Shown: positions 31,548-42,527 of the stretch, in pieces
How the letters are laid out: the number at the start of each line of letters is the position of its first letter
How positions within the stretch are numbered: position 1 is the stretch's first letter
NCBI GenBank assembly: GCA_963813075.1
Contig: CAWEXU010000004.1
Location: 256,001 to 320,000, forward strand
Source of the DNA: Methanotrichaceae archaeon
GTDB taxonomy: Archaea; Halobacteriota; Methanosarcinia; Methanotrichales; Methanotrichaceae
DNA: 64,000 nt
Reading direction: 5' to 3'
Notes under the pieces: model-generated
Told to the model about the DNA's origin: nothing
Database searches by the model: none
What the model saw: the letters and a program-made list of their open reading frames with translations, nothing else
Made by a program: the position numbers and the translations under genes

Positions 31548-32261
31548 CTAGCGCTTACCGGTTCTCCGTGCGGCGATCGAGCCCACCTTTCGGCCGGGGG
31601 ATGTATTCCTGCTGACCGTCTTCGGCCTGCCGGGATGCTGACGGCCACCGCCACCGAAGGGATGGTCCACAGCGTTCATAGCTACCCCTCTGACCACCGG
31701 CCAGTTCTTGGGCTTGGAGCGGTACTTGAAGAAGCTTTTTCCTGCCTTGACCAGGGGCTTGTCCAGACGGCCGCCTCCGGCAACCACACCAATGGTGGCC
31801 ATGCACTTCGGGCTGAGCCATTTCATCTCACCGCTGGGGAGCTGGACCACCGTTTGGCTGCCATCGTGAGCTACGAGTATGGCACAGACTCCCGATGAAC
31901 GGGCGAACTGGCCGCCGTGACCTGGCTGCGACTCGACGTTGCAGATAGGTATGCCTTCAGGTATATCCGATAGGGGGAGAGTGTTTCCCGGCTCGATTGG
32001 AGCGGATATGCCGCAGGCTATCTCCTGGCCGATGTAGACACCTTCGGAGACCAGGATGTATCTCATCTCGCCGCTGCTCAGGGCCACCAGGCCCACAGGA
32101 GCGGTACGAGCTGGGTCGCGTACAATATCCTGGACGATCCCTTTGACGGTTTCGTTCTGATCTGTTTTCAGGTGCTTGATGTCCGCTCTGTACCGGTGAG
32201 AGGGTGCCCTATACCTAGGACCTCCTGCGCCTCTATTTTGAGATATGATTCGATGTCCCAT
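31548..32261 (-). CDS. rpl2: 50S ribosomal protein uL2
   Basis: DPARTAP, VRGVAMNAVDHPFGGG. Confidence 0.97.
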   Translation of the reverse strand: MGHRIISQNRGAGGPRYRAPSHRYRADIKHLKTDQNETVKGIVQDIVRDPARTAPVGLVALSSGEMRYILVSEGVYIGQEIACGISAPIEPGNTLPLSDIPEGIPICNVESQPGHGGQFARSSGVCAILVAHDGSQTVVQLPSGEMKWLSPKCMATIGVVAGGGRLDKPLVKAGKSFFKYRSKPKNWPVVRGVAMNAVDHPFGGGGRQHPGRPKTVSRNTSPGRKVGSIAARRTGKR

Positions 32262-32271
32262 TGTATTCCAC

Positions 32272-32520
32272 CTACAGCAGTCCTAGCCTTGTGGCCAACT
32301 CGTTCGCGCTGCCCTCTTTGGCCAGCTTCACTACCGCCTTCTTCTGTCCCTGAGAGGTGATCATGGTCCTGACTGCCAGGACATTGATATCATAAAGATC
32401 CTCCAGGGCTTTTTTGATCTCGGGCTTGGTGGCATTTATGTTCACCAGGAACTCCAGGGTGTCATTGGAGTCGATCATGCTGGTGACCTTTTCAGTAACA
32501 TAAGGGCTCTTGATAATCAT
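32272..32520 (-). CDS. rpl23: 50S ribosomal protein uL23
   Basis: PYVTEK, KKAVVKL. Confidence 0.95.
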   Translation of the reverse strand: MIIKSPYVTEKVTSMIDSNDTLEFLVNINATKPEIKKALEDLYDINVLAVRTMITSQGQKKAVVKLAKEGSANELATRLGLL

Positions 32521-33290
32521 TGGTTTGCCTCCGGAGAGCCTTTTCTTGCCAGCTTCTCAAGGGACGACTCTGTCCAGACGGTAAGTCTTCCTGCCCTGGT
32601 CCCAGGTGCGAGCAGCTCTGCGTTCAGCCGGTCCACGGTGACGAAGTCGACGCCTGGAAGGTTCCGGGCTGCTTTTCCCAGGCCGGAGTCGTTGCCAGCG
32701 ACGAATAGCAGGCTCTTTCTGCCTTTATATTTCCTTCCCCGCAGCTTCCCCTTGCCGGCGCGGATGTGCCTTCCTGCTTTTGCCCTCAGGACGTCATCCC
32801 ACAGGCCCGCGGCCATGAGGAATTTTATGACATCTGTGGTCTTGGTCAGGGTCTCCAGATCGTTCCTGGCGACAACAGGCAGCTCTCTGGTAAACTTGTG
32901 GCCCCGGGCGGATACCAGGCCAGAGGATGCAGTAGCTGCAATCGCTGAGCGGATAGCCTTTCTGCGCTCCTTCTTGTTGATCTTCTCAGTATTGTCCTTA
33001 TTGGGCTGCGGCGCATGCGACCTGCGGCCGCCCACGGCCATGGGGACGCCTGCTGCTCTTCTGCCGTTCTTGAGCCTCAGGACTCTGGAGGTGCCGTGCC
33101 CAGTGCCCCAGGATACGGCGGAGGTGTTCATGCCGGCATAAAAGTGAGGTCCGTAAGCCTGAAGCCTGTTGGCCTGGGCTGCCAGGACCGTCCTCTTGAT
33201 TATGTCCGGCCGGTACTCCTCCTCGAAGACTGCGGGAAGCTCAACCTCGCCTGCCGCATTTCCCGATAGATCGATTACATTGATTTTCAT
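32517..33290 (-). CDS. rpl4: 50S ribosomal protein uL4
   Basis: [29 protein letters not shown]. Confidence 0.96.
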   Translation of the reverse strand: MKINVIDLSGNAAGEVELPAVFEEEYRPDIIKRTVLAAQANRLQAYGPHFYAGMNTSAVSWGTGHGTSRVLRLKNGRRAAGVPMAVGGRRSHAPQPNKDNTEKINKKERRKAIRSAIAATASSGLVSARGHKFTRELPVVARNDLETLTKTTDVIKFLMAAGLWDDVLRAKAGRHIRAGKGKLRGRKYKGRKSLLFVAGNDSGLGKAARNLPGVDFVTVDRLNAELLAPGTRAGRLTVWTESSLEKLARKGSPEANQ

Positions 33291-33293
33291 TGC

Positions 33294-34298
33294 TTAGACC
33301 CCCTGCTTGGATTCCTGGCTCACATGGAGCAGCTCGGGAGCTTTCTCGAAGTTCTTTCCAGGCCTTATGGCATGTCTCATCCGGACGAGCCTCTTGATGG
33401 GGCCGGGGACGCTTCCCTTGATCAGGATATACTGATTTCTCACCACGCCATAGCCGGGGAATCCCCCGTCCGGGGTGATCTTCGATCCGTCGGTGCCGAT
33501 GAACATGAGCCTCTTATTATATTCTGTCCTCTGGTGGTAGCCCATCTGGCCCAGTTGGGGAACGCGCCAGCTGATGTGGGCTGGGTGCCAGGGGCCGAGG
33601 TTGCCAACGTGACGGACTTTGCCCGTCCGGGCGTGCTTTCTCTTGGCCATGGCGATTCCCCAGCGTCTGACCGGGCCCTGGGTGCCTTTGCCTTTGGTAA
33701 CGGCAGAGGTGTCCATCAGGTCGCCCAGGTCAAAGACGCTGGAGACCGGGACCTGCTGGCCCAGCAGTGTCTGGGCAAAGGAGAGCCTGTCATTCATTGA
33801 GCCGCCGTTGATTGGCATCTCCATGATCTCAGGGACCTTCTTGGGAATTCCGGATACGAGTGACGGATTGGTGTGCACCAGGACGCGGACATCGGCGATG
33901 TCCTCGCCAATAGCTGCCAGGTCGCCAGCTGTTGTCCCGCGGGTCTTCTTGGGAACGGTCATCGCTCGGGAGAGCTCGGGGCTAAGGTTCTCTGCCCACA
34001 GCTCGCCTGCCGGGCGCAGGCCGCCGTTGTAGGTCTCGTAGGCGCGAACAGCCACCACGTTCATGGGGGGGACCTCAAGAACGGTTACGGGCATGCTGAT
34101 CTCCATGCCCTCGGTGAGGCTGCGCGGCCGGTCATCTATCATCATGACATGGGTCATGCCTGCCTTGTAGCCGGCAAACCCTGCTATCCTGGCCTTGTCC
34201 TCGTCGGGCCAGCTTCTGATCCTGGGGACCTCGCTCTTGGCCCTCTTTCTGGGGCTGTAGGCCAGCGAACCTCGTCTAGGTCGGTGTATTGTTGCCAT
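33294..34298 (-). CDS. rpl3: 50S ribosomal protein uL3
   Basis: RPRRGSLA, GYKAGMTH, GQMGYHQRTEYNK. Confidence 0.97.
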   Translation of the reverse strand: MATIHRPRRGSLAYSPRKRAKSEVPRIRSWPDEDKARIAGFAGYKAGMTHVMMIDDRPRSLTEGMEISMPVTVLEVPPMNVVAVRAYETYNGGLRPAGELWAENLSPELSRAMTVPKKTRGTTAGDLAAIGEDIADVRVLVHTNPSLVSGIPKKVPEIMEMPINGGSMNDRLSFAQTLLGQQVPVSSVFDLGDLMDTSAVTKGKGTQGPVRRWGIAMAKRKHARTGKVRHVGNLGPWHPAHISWRVPQLGQMGYHQRTEYNKRLMFIGTDGSKITPDGGFPGYGVVRNQYILIKGSVPGPIKRLVRMRHAIRPGKNFEKAPELLHVSQESKQGV

Positions 34299-35156
34299 TT
34301 AGTCCTCCAAACTCACCAGGTTGAGAAGGGCGAGGGTGGCGAAAACCGCTTCCTCCACTCGTACTGTCTCTGTTCCCTGATGGGGAATGGTGTTGATCAT
34401 TTCATACCTCTTCATTGATTCTTCACTCAAGAACGCATCCAGACCTCGTGCGGGTGAGCCGAAGGCCACTGCAAGGTCGCTATTGGTGCCTGATTGGCCC
34501 AACTCTTGGAGTACCCGGGGCGTTACCGCCCGGCCACTTCTGGAGGCGAGAACGATTCGGGCATCTATGAGCGATGCCAGGTAGCCTTCAAGGCTATCCA
34601 CTATCTCGGTCTCGTAGCCCCAGTAATGGGGTATATCCTTCTGGTCCACAGGCTCAGCGGCGAGCGGTTCCTGCGAAAAGATTCTGACACTTAGGCGCTG
34701 CCCTACCGGGAACTTTTCTCCGGTGCGAAGGGGAATTGGGCGATTGATTCCGATTTCCACCCAGACGCCGCCATCAGATCCGACGCTTTCAACGACTGCT
34801 CCGACGCGAAACTCGCCAATCTTGAGCGATTCTGATTTTGAGTTGATGGGATGATGACTTGTGCGCAGCGGCGGCAGCATTCCCACGTGGCGCAGCTCTT
34901 CCCGGCGGGGGATGAGCAGCTTTCTGAGATATTGGGGGGTTTCCATGTAGCGCAGGATCATGGATATGAACCGGGAATCGTTGTATTCCGGATCCCGGTA
35001 GATCACTATCCTGTTTACACGGAAGACTGCTGCTGCCCTTGCGATTTGGCCAACTTTGAGCGTGTTGACACGCGTATCCCTGCTCTCCATGGTGAGAGAG
35101 GACGGGATAAGGATGGCTCTCTCGCAGCGTCCAGTCATCAGGTTTTCCCTCCTCAC
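34299..35156 (-). CDS. SPOUT RNA methyltransferase (DUF171 family)
   Basis: GQIARAAAVF, ETPQYLRK, NTIPHQGTETVRVEEA; conserved position before rpl3. Confidence 0.9.
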   Translation of the reverse strand: MRRENLMTGRCERAILIPSSLTMESRDTRVNTLKVGQIARAAAVFRVNRIVIYRDPEYNDSRFISMILRYMETPQYLRKLLIPRREELRHVGMLPPLRTSHHPINSKSESLKIGEFRVGAVVESVGSDGGVWVEIGINRPIPLRTGEKFPVGQRLSVRIFSQEPLAAEPVDQKDIPHYWGYETEIVDSLEGYLASLIDARIVLASRSGRAVTPRVLQELGQSGTNSDLAVAFGSPARGLDAFLSEESMKRYEMINTIPHQGTETVRVEEAVFATLALLNLVSLED

Positions 35157-35166
35157 AAGAGAGTGG

Positions 35167-35184
35167 ATATATAAAAAGGTTTGG
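35167..35184 (-). promoter_or_regulatory. BRE/TATA promoter of the ribosomal superoperon
   Basis: Minus strand reads CCAAACC-TTTTTATATAT just upstream of the first gene. Confidence 0.6.
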
Positions 35185-35238
35185 AGATATAGAGAAAATG
35201 AGGGGATTGGATTCTGACAGAGGTACGAAGCGCCTTGA

Positions 35239-38200
35239 TCACCCTCTGGGGAAGGCGGCCTCGATCAGGCTTTGGCCCCGGTCCTTGCTGTAGGCTTCAG
35301 CTGCTTCCTTTATCATGGCATCTAACTGTTCTTGAGTGTAATTGAGCTGGGACGCCATACCGGACAGAGCTTTGAAGTCGCTTTCTGTATCTCCATGCCC
35401 AATGGATGCATCAACCATACAGCATAGAGCCACAAGCCTCAAACCCTCCTGCGATCGGCCTTGCTCCCAAGCGAGGAAACCAAGCTGGTAGAAGGTCGCA
35501 GCTTCGCCTGCCCGATCGCCGATCTGCTGCCTGATTTTCATGGCCGTCTCGAACTTCTCACGCGCTCCCTCGTACTCGCCTTTGTAAAGATCGATCGAGG
35601 CTAGATTATGCCAGGTCTGAGCCTCGCCGGCCTGATCGCCGATCTGCTGCCTGATCCTCATGGCCTTATCGAACTTCTCCAGTGCCGCCTCGTACTCTCT
35701 CTTGTAAACGTCGATCGAGGCCAGATTATGCCAGGTCGGAGCCTCGCCAGCCCGGTCTCCGATCTGCTGCTTGATCTTCATTGCCTTATCGAACTTCTCT
35801 AGTGCCGCCTCGTACTCTCCCCTGTAAACATCGATCGTGGCCAGATTATGCCAGGTCGGAGCCTCGCCGGCCCGGTCGCCGATCTGCTGCATGATTTTCA
35901 TGGCCTTCTCGAACTTCTCACGCGCCGCCTCGTAGTCGCCTTTCTTGAGATCGATCGAGGCCAGATGATGCCAGGTCGAAGCCTCGCCGGCCCGGTCGCT
36001 GATTTGCTGCCTGATTTTCATGGCCGTCTCGAACTTCTCACGCGCCGCCTCGTAGTCGCCTTTGTTAAGATCGATCGTGGCCAGATTGATGCCAGGTCGA
36101 AGCCTCGCCCGCCCGGTCGCCGATCTGCTGCATGATTTTCATGGCCTTCTCGAACTTCTCACGCGCCGCCTCGTACTCGCCTTTCTTGAGATCGATCGTG
36201 GCCAGGCCATGCAGGGCGACTGCAGCTTCATTTTGATTCGAGCCAGAAGCATCGATGCTGCGCTGGTACCAGATTCGGGCTAGATCGTACTCACCTTGCT
36301 GCAGGTAGGTTCTTGCTATCCAGCTCATGGGAGAGGGATGTCTCTCATAATTCAGCAACTCGAAGTTGAGCTGCCTTGCGCCATCATATAGTCCGCTCTG
36401 AACGAGAAAGCCTGACAGACGATCGGTTATAATTCTGGCCAGCTCCAGCTCCTTCGCCTGTAAGTACTGGTAGCGCGCCTCCATCAAGCAGTCCACCAAG
36501 GATAGGCCAAGTTCGCTTTCCAGGTCTTGCCTGTCCATCCCGACCAGGAAATCGCCTGCTAGCTTGTGAGCATTCTTTCGCTCATCCGGGGAGAGCCTTT
36601 CCTGCAGCCAGCCCCGCAGCAGACCGTATACAAACCATAAAGGAGCGTCGGATCTTCCAGTCTCCTGATAAGATAAAGGCACGGTCCTGCCAGCTGCTGG
36701 CAAACGCCTGCACCTTATCCAGAGGCTCGCCTGAGGCAGCTGCCAGGCCCTCCAGGGTTACAGGGACACTATAAACTGCCGACCGGCAGAGAGACTTCTG
36801 CGATTCGGGGACTGAGATAGCCATAAAGCCGCTCAGCGAAGATCTCTCCAAAGTATTTGTCCTGCAATCTCTGAAGCTCACCTGGCTCGGTCTCAGCAGG
36901 CAGCTCCGCATGGGCCAGCTCCTCCTTCAATGATTTGGCATCCATTTCCTTGACGGCTTCACGGATCTGGAGGAGGAAGCGAGGCGTGCCGCCGAATTTC
37001 CGATAGAGCTCTCTTAAGAGGAACATGGGAAGCTCGCCCGACCGGCTGCGCCTCTCCACCACCGGGTCGCGCTGCATGATCTTCAGGAAAGAGGATTCGG
37101 GGAAGTCGGCCAGGTCCTCCTGATGGACCCTGGAGGGCAGAACTGGCACATCAGAGGGCGGATAGCGGGTGGTGACGATGGCCCGGGAGCCTCCCGAAAG
37201 CTGGTCGAGCAGGTGCCTGTAGAACCCTGCTATCTCCGGGTCCAGGATGTGCCGGTCTTCCTCGTCCAGGTTGGTCTCGAAGTTGTCAAGGAGCAAGAGG
37301 AAGCGCCCTTCATTCAGAGCGGCAACTGAATCATGCAGTTTGCTTTCCACAGAAAGCCTGGGATTGCTCAGATCCTCAGCCAGTGCCGCCAGCTCATCAG
37401 CCTTCTGCATATTTCCCTGGGCTTTATTCTTTCTTCCTGCCTTACGGAAGGCATCGCCGAAAGCCCGCAGAAGACGGGCAGAGTTCAAGGGATTCTCTTT
37501 AGAGCTGGGAACGGGGATGGGGACAAAGCCACCGGTCTCCAGCCTGCGGGTCAGTCTGGTGGCCAGTGTGCTCTTGCCGCTGCCACCCATGCCGGTGATG
37601 ATCAAAACCTGCAGATCGCCCCGGCGCAATGCGGGCAGAAGCCTCTGCTGCTCGCGCCTGCGCCCTACGAAATGTTCTGCATATCCCTCCTTCATGCCGG
37701 GCAGGGCATCCAGAACCATGTTCTGCCGGGTCAAAGCCTCCGGCGGTTTGCTGGGATCGAATATCTGGAGCTGTTTCGTGGCAGAATAGATGACGGGCAG
37801 TGTCCATGACGGGTCGCCGCACTCCCGGCACGCCTTCCAGGCTTCCTGGCGGGCTAAGAGAAGAGCCCGGTCCACAGGCTGGGCGTCCTTGAGCGTTTTG
37901 TAGAATGTGCGGGCGAAGTTTGTGGCCAGGTCGTCGGCGATGGATGCCGCCCAGCCCACGGCCAGGGGGACCTCGGCGCCCACCAGGCTCTGGCAGATAC
38001 CATTCAATACCTCCCGCGGGGCCTGGCCGGACTGGCAGCCGCTCACAAAGACGCACTGCACGCCCGAGCCGGCGAGGAACCGGCGCAGCTCATCCGAGGG
38101 GACGAGATCTGCAGTGCCATCCTCTTTCTCGAAGGCGAAATGGCCCGCGCCATCGAGGACTGCACCGTGGCCGGTCAGGTGGACGATATGGGGCTTGAAC

Positions 38201-38826
38201 TCGCTCACCTTCTCCTTGAGCTCCTCGAAGGTCCCCAGATCGCAGGAGTCGAAGGCCACGTCCTGGCCGTAGATGGCCCGGAAGAGAGCTTCTTCCTCCT
38301 TTTCGTAGTCCAGAGTGGCCAGATTCGAGGGGGAGCAGGCCATGAAGAGCAGGCGCAGGGGCCTTGAGCGCAGATCTCCGGCGAAGGCGGCCATCTGTTT
38401 AATGGAGCTGGGAAAGCGGCGGATTCGGAAGAGGGGATTGATGCCCAGGATTTCACCATCTGGAGGAAGCAAGAGTTCCCAGGGAAGGTTCAAGATCTCC
38501 GGGACCTCTGAACCGATGACCAGAAACCGCAGCGCGCCCACTGGAACTGCCTTTGTGATCTTCTCCCAGGATGTTGCCAGCCAGATGTCGAAGAGCTGCT
38601 TTCCAAGAGCCCTCTGGGCGTCAGCATTCATCTCTGGCCGGCATTTTTGCTCGAAGAGAGCGCCAAATTGGCGGGAAAGCTCCCGCACCGCTTGGGAATC
38701 CTGCAAAGATAGGCTCTGGTTGCTGATGAGTGAGAATTCATTCAGCTGGATATGGAAGAGATATATATTATTAGGACGCACTCCTGCTTCCTTTATGGAT
38801 AATGTGATGATCGGATCCTGGCCCAT
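35239..38826 (-). CDS. CHAT (caspase-like) protease - STAND/NB-ARC-like NTPase - TPR protein, about 1190 aa if three 1-nt insertions are removed
   Basis: LPWELL, HLTGHG, VSGCQSG dyad; GMGGSGKST, LLLLDNFE, IVTTR, GGTP; 40-aa TPRs; shifts near 36805, 36670, 36088. Confidence 0.88.
35500..36215 (-). repeat. About 6 tandem 120-bp TPR-coding repeats
   Basis: gatctgctgc.tgattttcatggcc...tcgaacttctc recurs at 35521, 35641, 35761, 35881, 36001, 36122. Confidence 0.95.
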
Positions 38827-39050
38827 GTGGTAGCCTCTGGCGTTTAAGATTTTACAGGCGACAATTAAGGAATACCAAATAAGGCACACGATCGATTAAA
38901 AAATGATGTGTAAATAACAGCCTATTCCAGAGTTATAACCTATCTTTTGGGATATCTATAAATGCGTGAGAGATCATCTAAACCCTTTACAGGAGCCCAT
39001 AACTCAAGTACCGAACTCAAGTCATAAAGTTGTATATTGAGGAATGTTGA

Positions 39051-39347
39051 ATGTTATCATCTATGTTGAGCACAGTAAGTAGCACTGTAAGCGCTACGAC
39101 GATTAGTGCCCCTTGCGCCTTAAGCACCGCTCCCGTGCTCAGCACTTTTGCGACGATTGGTGTCTCTGATCTCAGCGTTGTAAGCCTCATATGCCTCATT
39201 GCGTTGCTCAGCGCCTCAGATCTCCTATCTGATTCGACTCTTTGGAACAAGCGCCTGTCCACGATGCTGAATCTCTCTATTGTGCCAATGGTCCTAACAT
39301 TCTCCTTGATTGTGATCGATAAGGTCATCGAAGCCGTGACCAGATAA
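39051..39347 (+). CDS. Small Ser/Thr-rich two-TM membrane protein
   Basis: S/T-rich N-terminus, two hydrophobic helices; GAGGA upstream. Confidence 0.6.
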   Translation: MLSSMLSTVSSTVSATTISAPCALSTAPVLSTFATIGVSDLSVVSLICLIALLSASDLLSDSTLWNKRLSTMLNLSIVPMVLTFSLIVIDKVIEAVTR

Positions 39348-40055
39348 ATAATATTCTATTCATTAAACATTTTCGTATCGGAATAATTCCAGTGAGCACT
39401 ATCTGGAAATCAACTCAGGAGATATAAGGCAGAGGGTAGCGGCAGAAAGATAATGTGTGGCGGAGACCCACTCCAGCCTGGTGTAACGAACACGATTGTC
39501 ACGAGAGGCTTGTTCTTTTTGATATGGAGCACAGATCCCAGTGCTAAGAAGGCCAGGTCAGTTCTGCAAAGGGGCCGGCAATAAACAGGGACAGCCCAGG
39601 CGGGTGAAGTGGATCATCCAACAGGTTCTAACATTCTTACTTGGTGACATTAATTTTGATACTAACGGTTGATTCCAAACCTTTAATTCAATCTGCCATA
39701 TATCTGCATGTTTGGAGATTCTACCTTTCCATTCATTGAATTGTATGGAATTTTCCAAAGCTAATGGCTGAATTGATGCATGATAGGAGGCCTTAGCTTA
39801 TAGCGTATGCTGTCGAAAATGAAATTTGTCGCGTTATGTTCCTTGCGTCCTTCATTTGTTTTCGAATTGTGCTAACCAGTTTTATAAGAATGTACTGCAC
39901 CACTAAGTGAACCGTGGCAAGCTGGGTGCTGAAGACAAGCTTTGAGGTGTAGGATGTTGCTGAAACCCAACGAATTCACTATAGAGATAATGAGACAAAA
40001 AAACGATTTGAATGTTATTGAATTTCTATTCTAATGATAATATCATAAAATTTGT

Positions 40056-41060
40056 TTGGAGGCGATATACATAACTCTGATCATAGCGGCGATGCCTGCC
40101 TATAACGAGGAGCGCTCCATCGCTAAGATGGTTCTGGGCTGCAAGAAGTACGTCGACCGAGTGGTCGTCGTGGACGATGGCAGCTCAGACGCCACGGCTG
40201 AGATCGCCGCATCCGTGGGAGCCTATGTTGTTCGGCATAAATTGAACTCTGGCTACGGCGCGGCTCTTCAAACCTGTTTTAAAACGGCTCGGGAGATGGG
40301 CGCAGATAGAATGGTTATCATCGACTCTGACGGGCAGCATGACCCGGAGGAGATACCGCAGCTTCTCCTACCTTTAAGCAGGGGAGTGGACCTGGTGATA
40401 GGCTCGCGGTTCTGTAACGGAAACGGCAAGGACATTCCCGCCTATCGCAAGATCGGCATGAAGGTTCTGGATATCACCACTCGCATTGTGGGCGGTATAA
40501 GCGTCACCGACAGTCAGAGCGGTTTTCGGGCCTATGGCAGACGGGCGATAGACTGCATTTGCATCGATGACAACGGCATGTCTGCCGGCTCGGAGATACT
40601 TCTTCAGGCTAAGGACAACAAATTTAAGGTCGAGGAGGTGGAGATCCATTGCAGCTACGATGTGGAGAGGGCCTCGACTGAGAATCCTGTGAGCCATGGG
40701 GTTAAAGTGCTACTGAACCTACTGCAGGATATGGAGATGAGAAGGCCGCTGTACTATTTCACCGTGCCCGGGATGTTACTGGCTGCGGCGGGGATCGGGA
40801 TCGGCCTCAATCTTCTCAGGATCTTCTATCATGGTGGGCAATTGAACTACAGCCTTACCTTGCTCATGATTCTGCTGACACTGGTGGGATCATTCATGGC
40901 TTTTACAGGGATTATTCTGCATGCGATCTCTAAGCTGATCAATCAATCAATGAAGCGGCTGGATAATTCCAAAATGCAGCGGGCAGAATTGGTGCGCTCT
41001 GGGGTGGGGATCTTTCCAAGCACGGCTATGGATCAACCATACGAAATGTCGATAGACTAA
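40056..41060 (+). CDS. GT2 glycosyltransferase (Dol-P sugar synthase-like)
   Basis: PAYNEE, VVDDGSSD, DSDGQH, DSQSGFRAY, two C-terminal TMs. Confidence 0.92.
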   Translation: MEAIYITLIIAAMPAYNEERSIAKMVLGCKKYVDRVVVVDDGSSDATAEIAASVGAYVVRHKLNSGYGAALQTCFKTAREMGADRMVIIDSDGQHDPEEIPQLLLPLSRGVDLVIGSRFCNGNGKDIPAYRKIGMKVLDITTRIVGGISVTDSQSGFRAYGRRAIDCICIDDNGMSAGSEILLQAKDNKFKVEEVEIHCSYDVERASTENPVSHGVKVLLNLLQDMEMRRPLYYFTVPGMLLAAAGIGIGLNLLRIFYHGGQLNYSLTLLMILLTLVGSFMAFTGIILHAISKLINQSMKRLDNSKMQRAELVRSGVGIFPSTAMDQPYEMSID

Positions 41061-41109
41061 AAAATGGAGAAATAGAGAATATATCTATAATCAAATCAGG
41101 ATTTTGGAT

Positions 41110-41949
41110 ATGATCAATGCCTTAGTAGTGGATCTTGAGCACTGGTATTCTCCTGAACTGTTAAAGGAGCACCTTCCTGCAGAAAGGCCTGATCAAATAG
41201 AAGCATCTATAAGACCCATCTTGGCTTTGCTTGATAAATATAGAGTGCGCGCAACTTTTGCTGTGCTGGGCACAGTAGCGAGAGATCACCCTAATCTCGT
41301 AAAAGAAATATATGATATGGGGCATGAAATTGCATCTCATGCTTGGTCGCATAGAACTCTCTATGAGCTAGGCCCGCAGAACTTCGAAGTCGAAATCGCC
41401 AAATCGGTAGATCTTTTGCGATCGATAACCGGTGAGAATCCGGTTGGATTTCGTGCACCTAGCTTTTCTCTGGATAATTCAACCAAGTGGGCCTTCGAGG
41501 TGCTGGAGCGATACGAATTTAAATACGATGCGAGTGTTTTTCCCATAAAGACAATGATTTATGGTGTTCCTGATGCGCCTTTGCATATCTACAGACCCTC
41601 TCATGATGATATCACAATCGATGACCCCTCTGGAAAAATCGTTGAATTTCCTATGACTGTAATTAGAGCTGGAAGGAATTTGCCTTTTGCGGGTGGTTTT
41701 TATCTTCGAATTCTGCCTTTCACGATTATCAAGTTTGGGATAAAAAGAGCAAATAAAGAACGGCCTGCAATAGTCTATATTCATCCATGGGAGACATATT
41801 CGGAAACGATTCGGGTAGATTTACCACCTTTTCCAAGGTTTGTAACCTATTATGGAATACGATCCACCCTAAAGAAATTGGATGGCCTGCTAAGGGAATT
41901 TGAGTTTACAAGCATACTTGAATGCCTCAATTATCACTCTTATCTTTAA
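41110..41949 (+). CDS. Polysaccharide deacetylase with DUF3473-like C-terminus
   Basis: VDLEHW, HEIASHAWSH, GFRAPSFS, GGFYLR, YIHPWE. Confidence 0.9.
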   Translation: MINALVVDLEHWYSPELLKEHLPAERPDQIEASIRPILALLDKYRVRATFAVLGTVARDHPNLVKEIYDMGHEIASHAWSHRTLYELGPQNFEVEIAKSVDLLRSITGENPVGFRAPSFSLDNSTKWAFEVLERYEFKYDASVFPIKTMIYGVPDAPLHIYRPSHDDITIDDPSGKIVEFPMTVIRAGRNLPFAGGFYLRILPFTIIKFGIKRANKERPAIVYIHPWETYSETIRVDLPPFPRFVTYYGIRSTLKKLDGLLREFEFTSILECLNYHSYL

Positions 41950-42023
41950 ACGGATCAAATTTAAGACTGATGTAGCTCATTATATTTTACGTGTTGAGTT
42001 CCCTATCAATCATTCCTAAATCG

Positions 42024-42501
42024 CATTCAGCTATGTTAGGCACATCTACTTCGAGAGTCAAAAGAGATTGCTGAGAAGTTTGGGGAAGCTATTCCGCTAC
42101 ATAACATTCTCAAAGAGCTTTACGAGATACTAACCGAGGCTTGGAAAACGATCCTCCGCCAAAAGTCAGAAAGACTTTATGGCAATTGGCGCGAAAAGCG
42201 CTTCGGCACTGGATCATGAAAGAGTATTCTATCGAGAAAGTCCGAAAATTTATCGGGAAAGATCAACAACGTGTTTGACTACAGGTTTACCTTTATCATT
42301 AATCCTGGTGTAGAGACGACCAATAATCGAGTAGAGAGCGTTGCGACCCCATGTGGTTTTGAGAAAGATCTTGGGCACACTTCGCAATGATAAAGGAACA
42401 TCGATTCCTGAGCGAATCATGACGACACTGGCAACTTGGGGACAGAGAGGATTGAATAGTCTCCAAATGCTAACCGAGAAGCTGGCCAGCTAAACACATA
42501 C
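42024..42501 (+). mobile_element. Degraded 3' remnant of the IS66-family element at 52763-54187
   Basis: Similar to 53715-54187 with deletions; ends GGCCAGCTAAACACATAC. Confidence 0.88.
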
Positions 42502-42527
42502 ATTATATTAACAAGGGGGGAGAGTGG

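Noticed and set aside
19144..35174. Many plus-strand ORFs opposite the ribosomal operon
   Set aside because: Antisense shadows of GC-rich coding sequence with no recognisable motifs
35500..36215. CRISPR array or DGR template/variable repeat
   Set aside because: The repeats are contiguous in-frame 120-bp coding units with no spacers; differences are not adenine-specific and no RT is present
39017..39328. Minus-strand 103-aa ORF
   Set aside because: The overlapping plus-strand ORF has an RBS and a more plausible membrane topology
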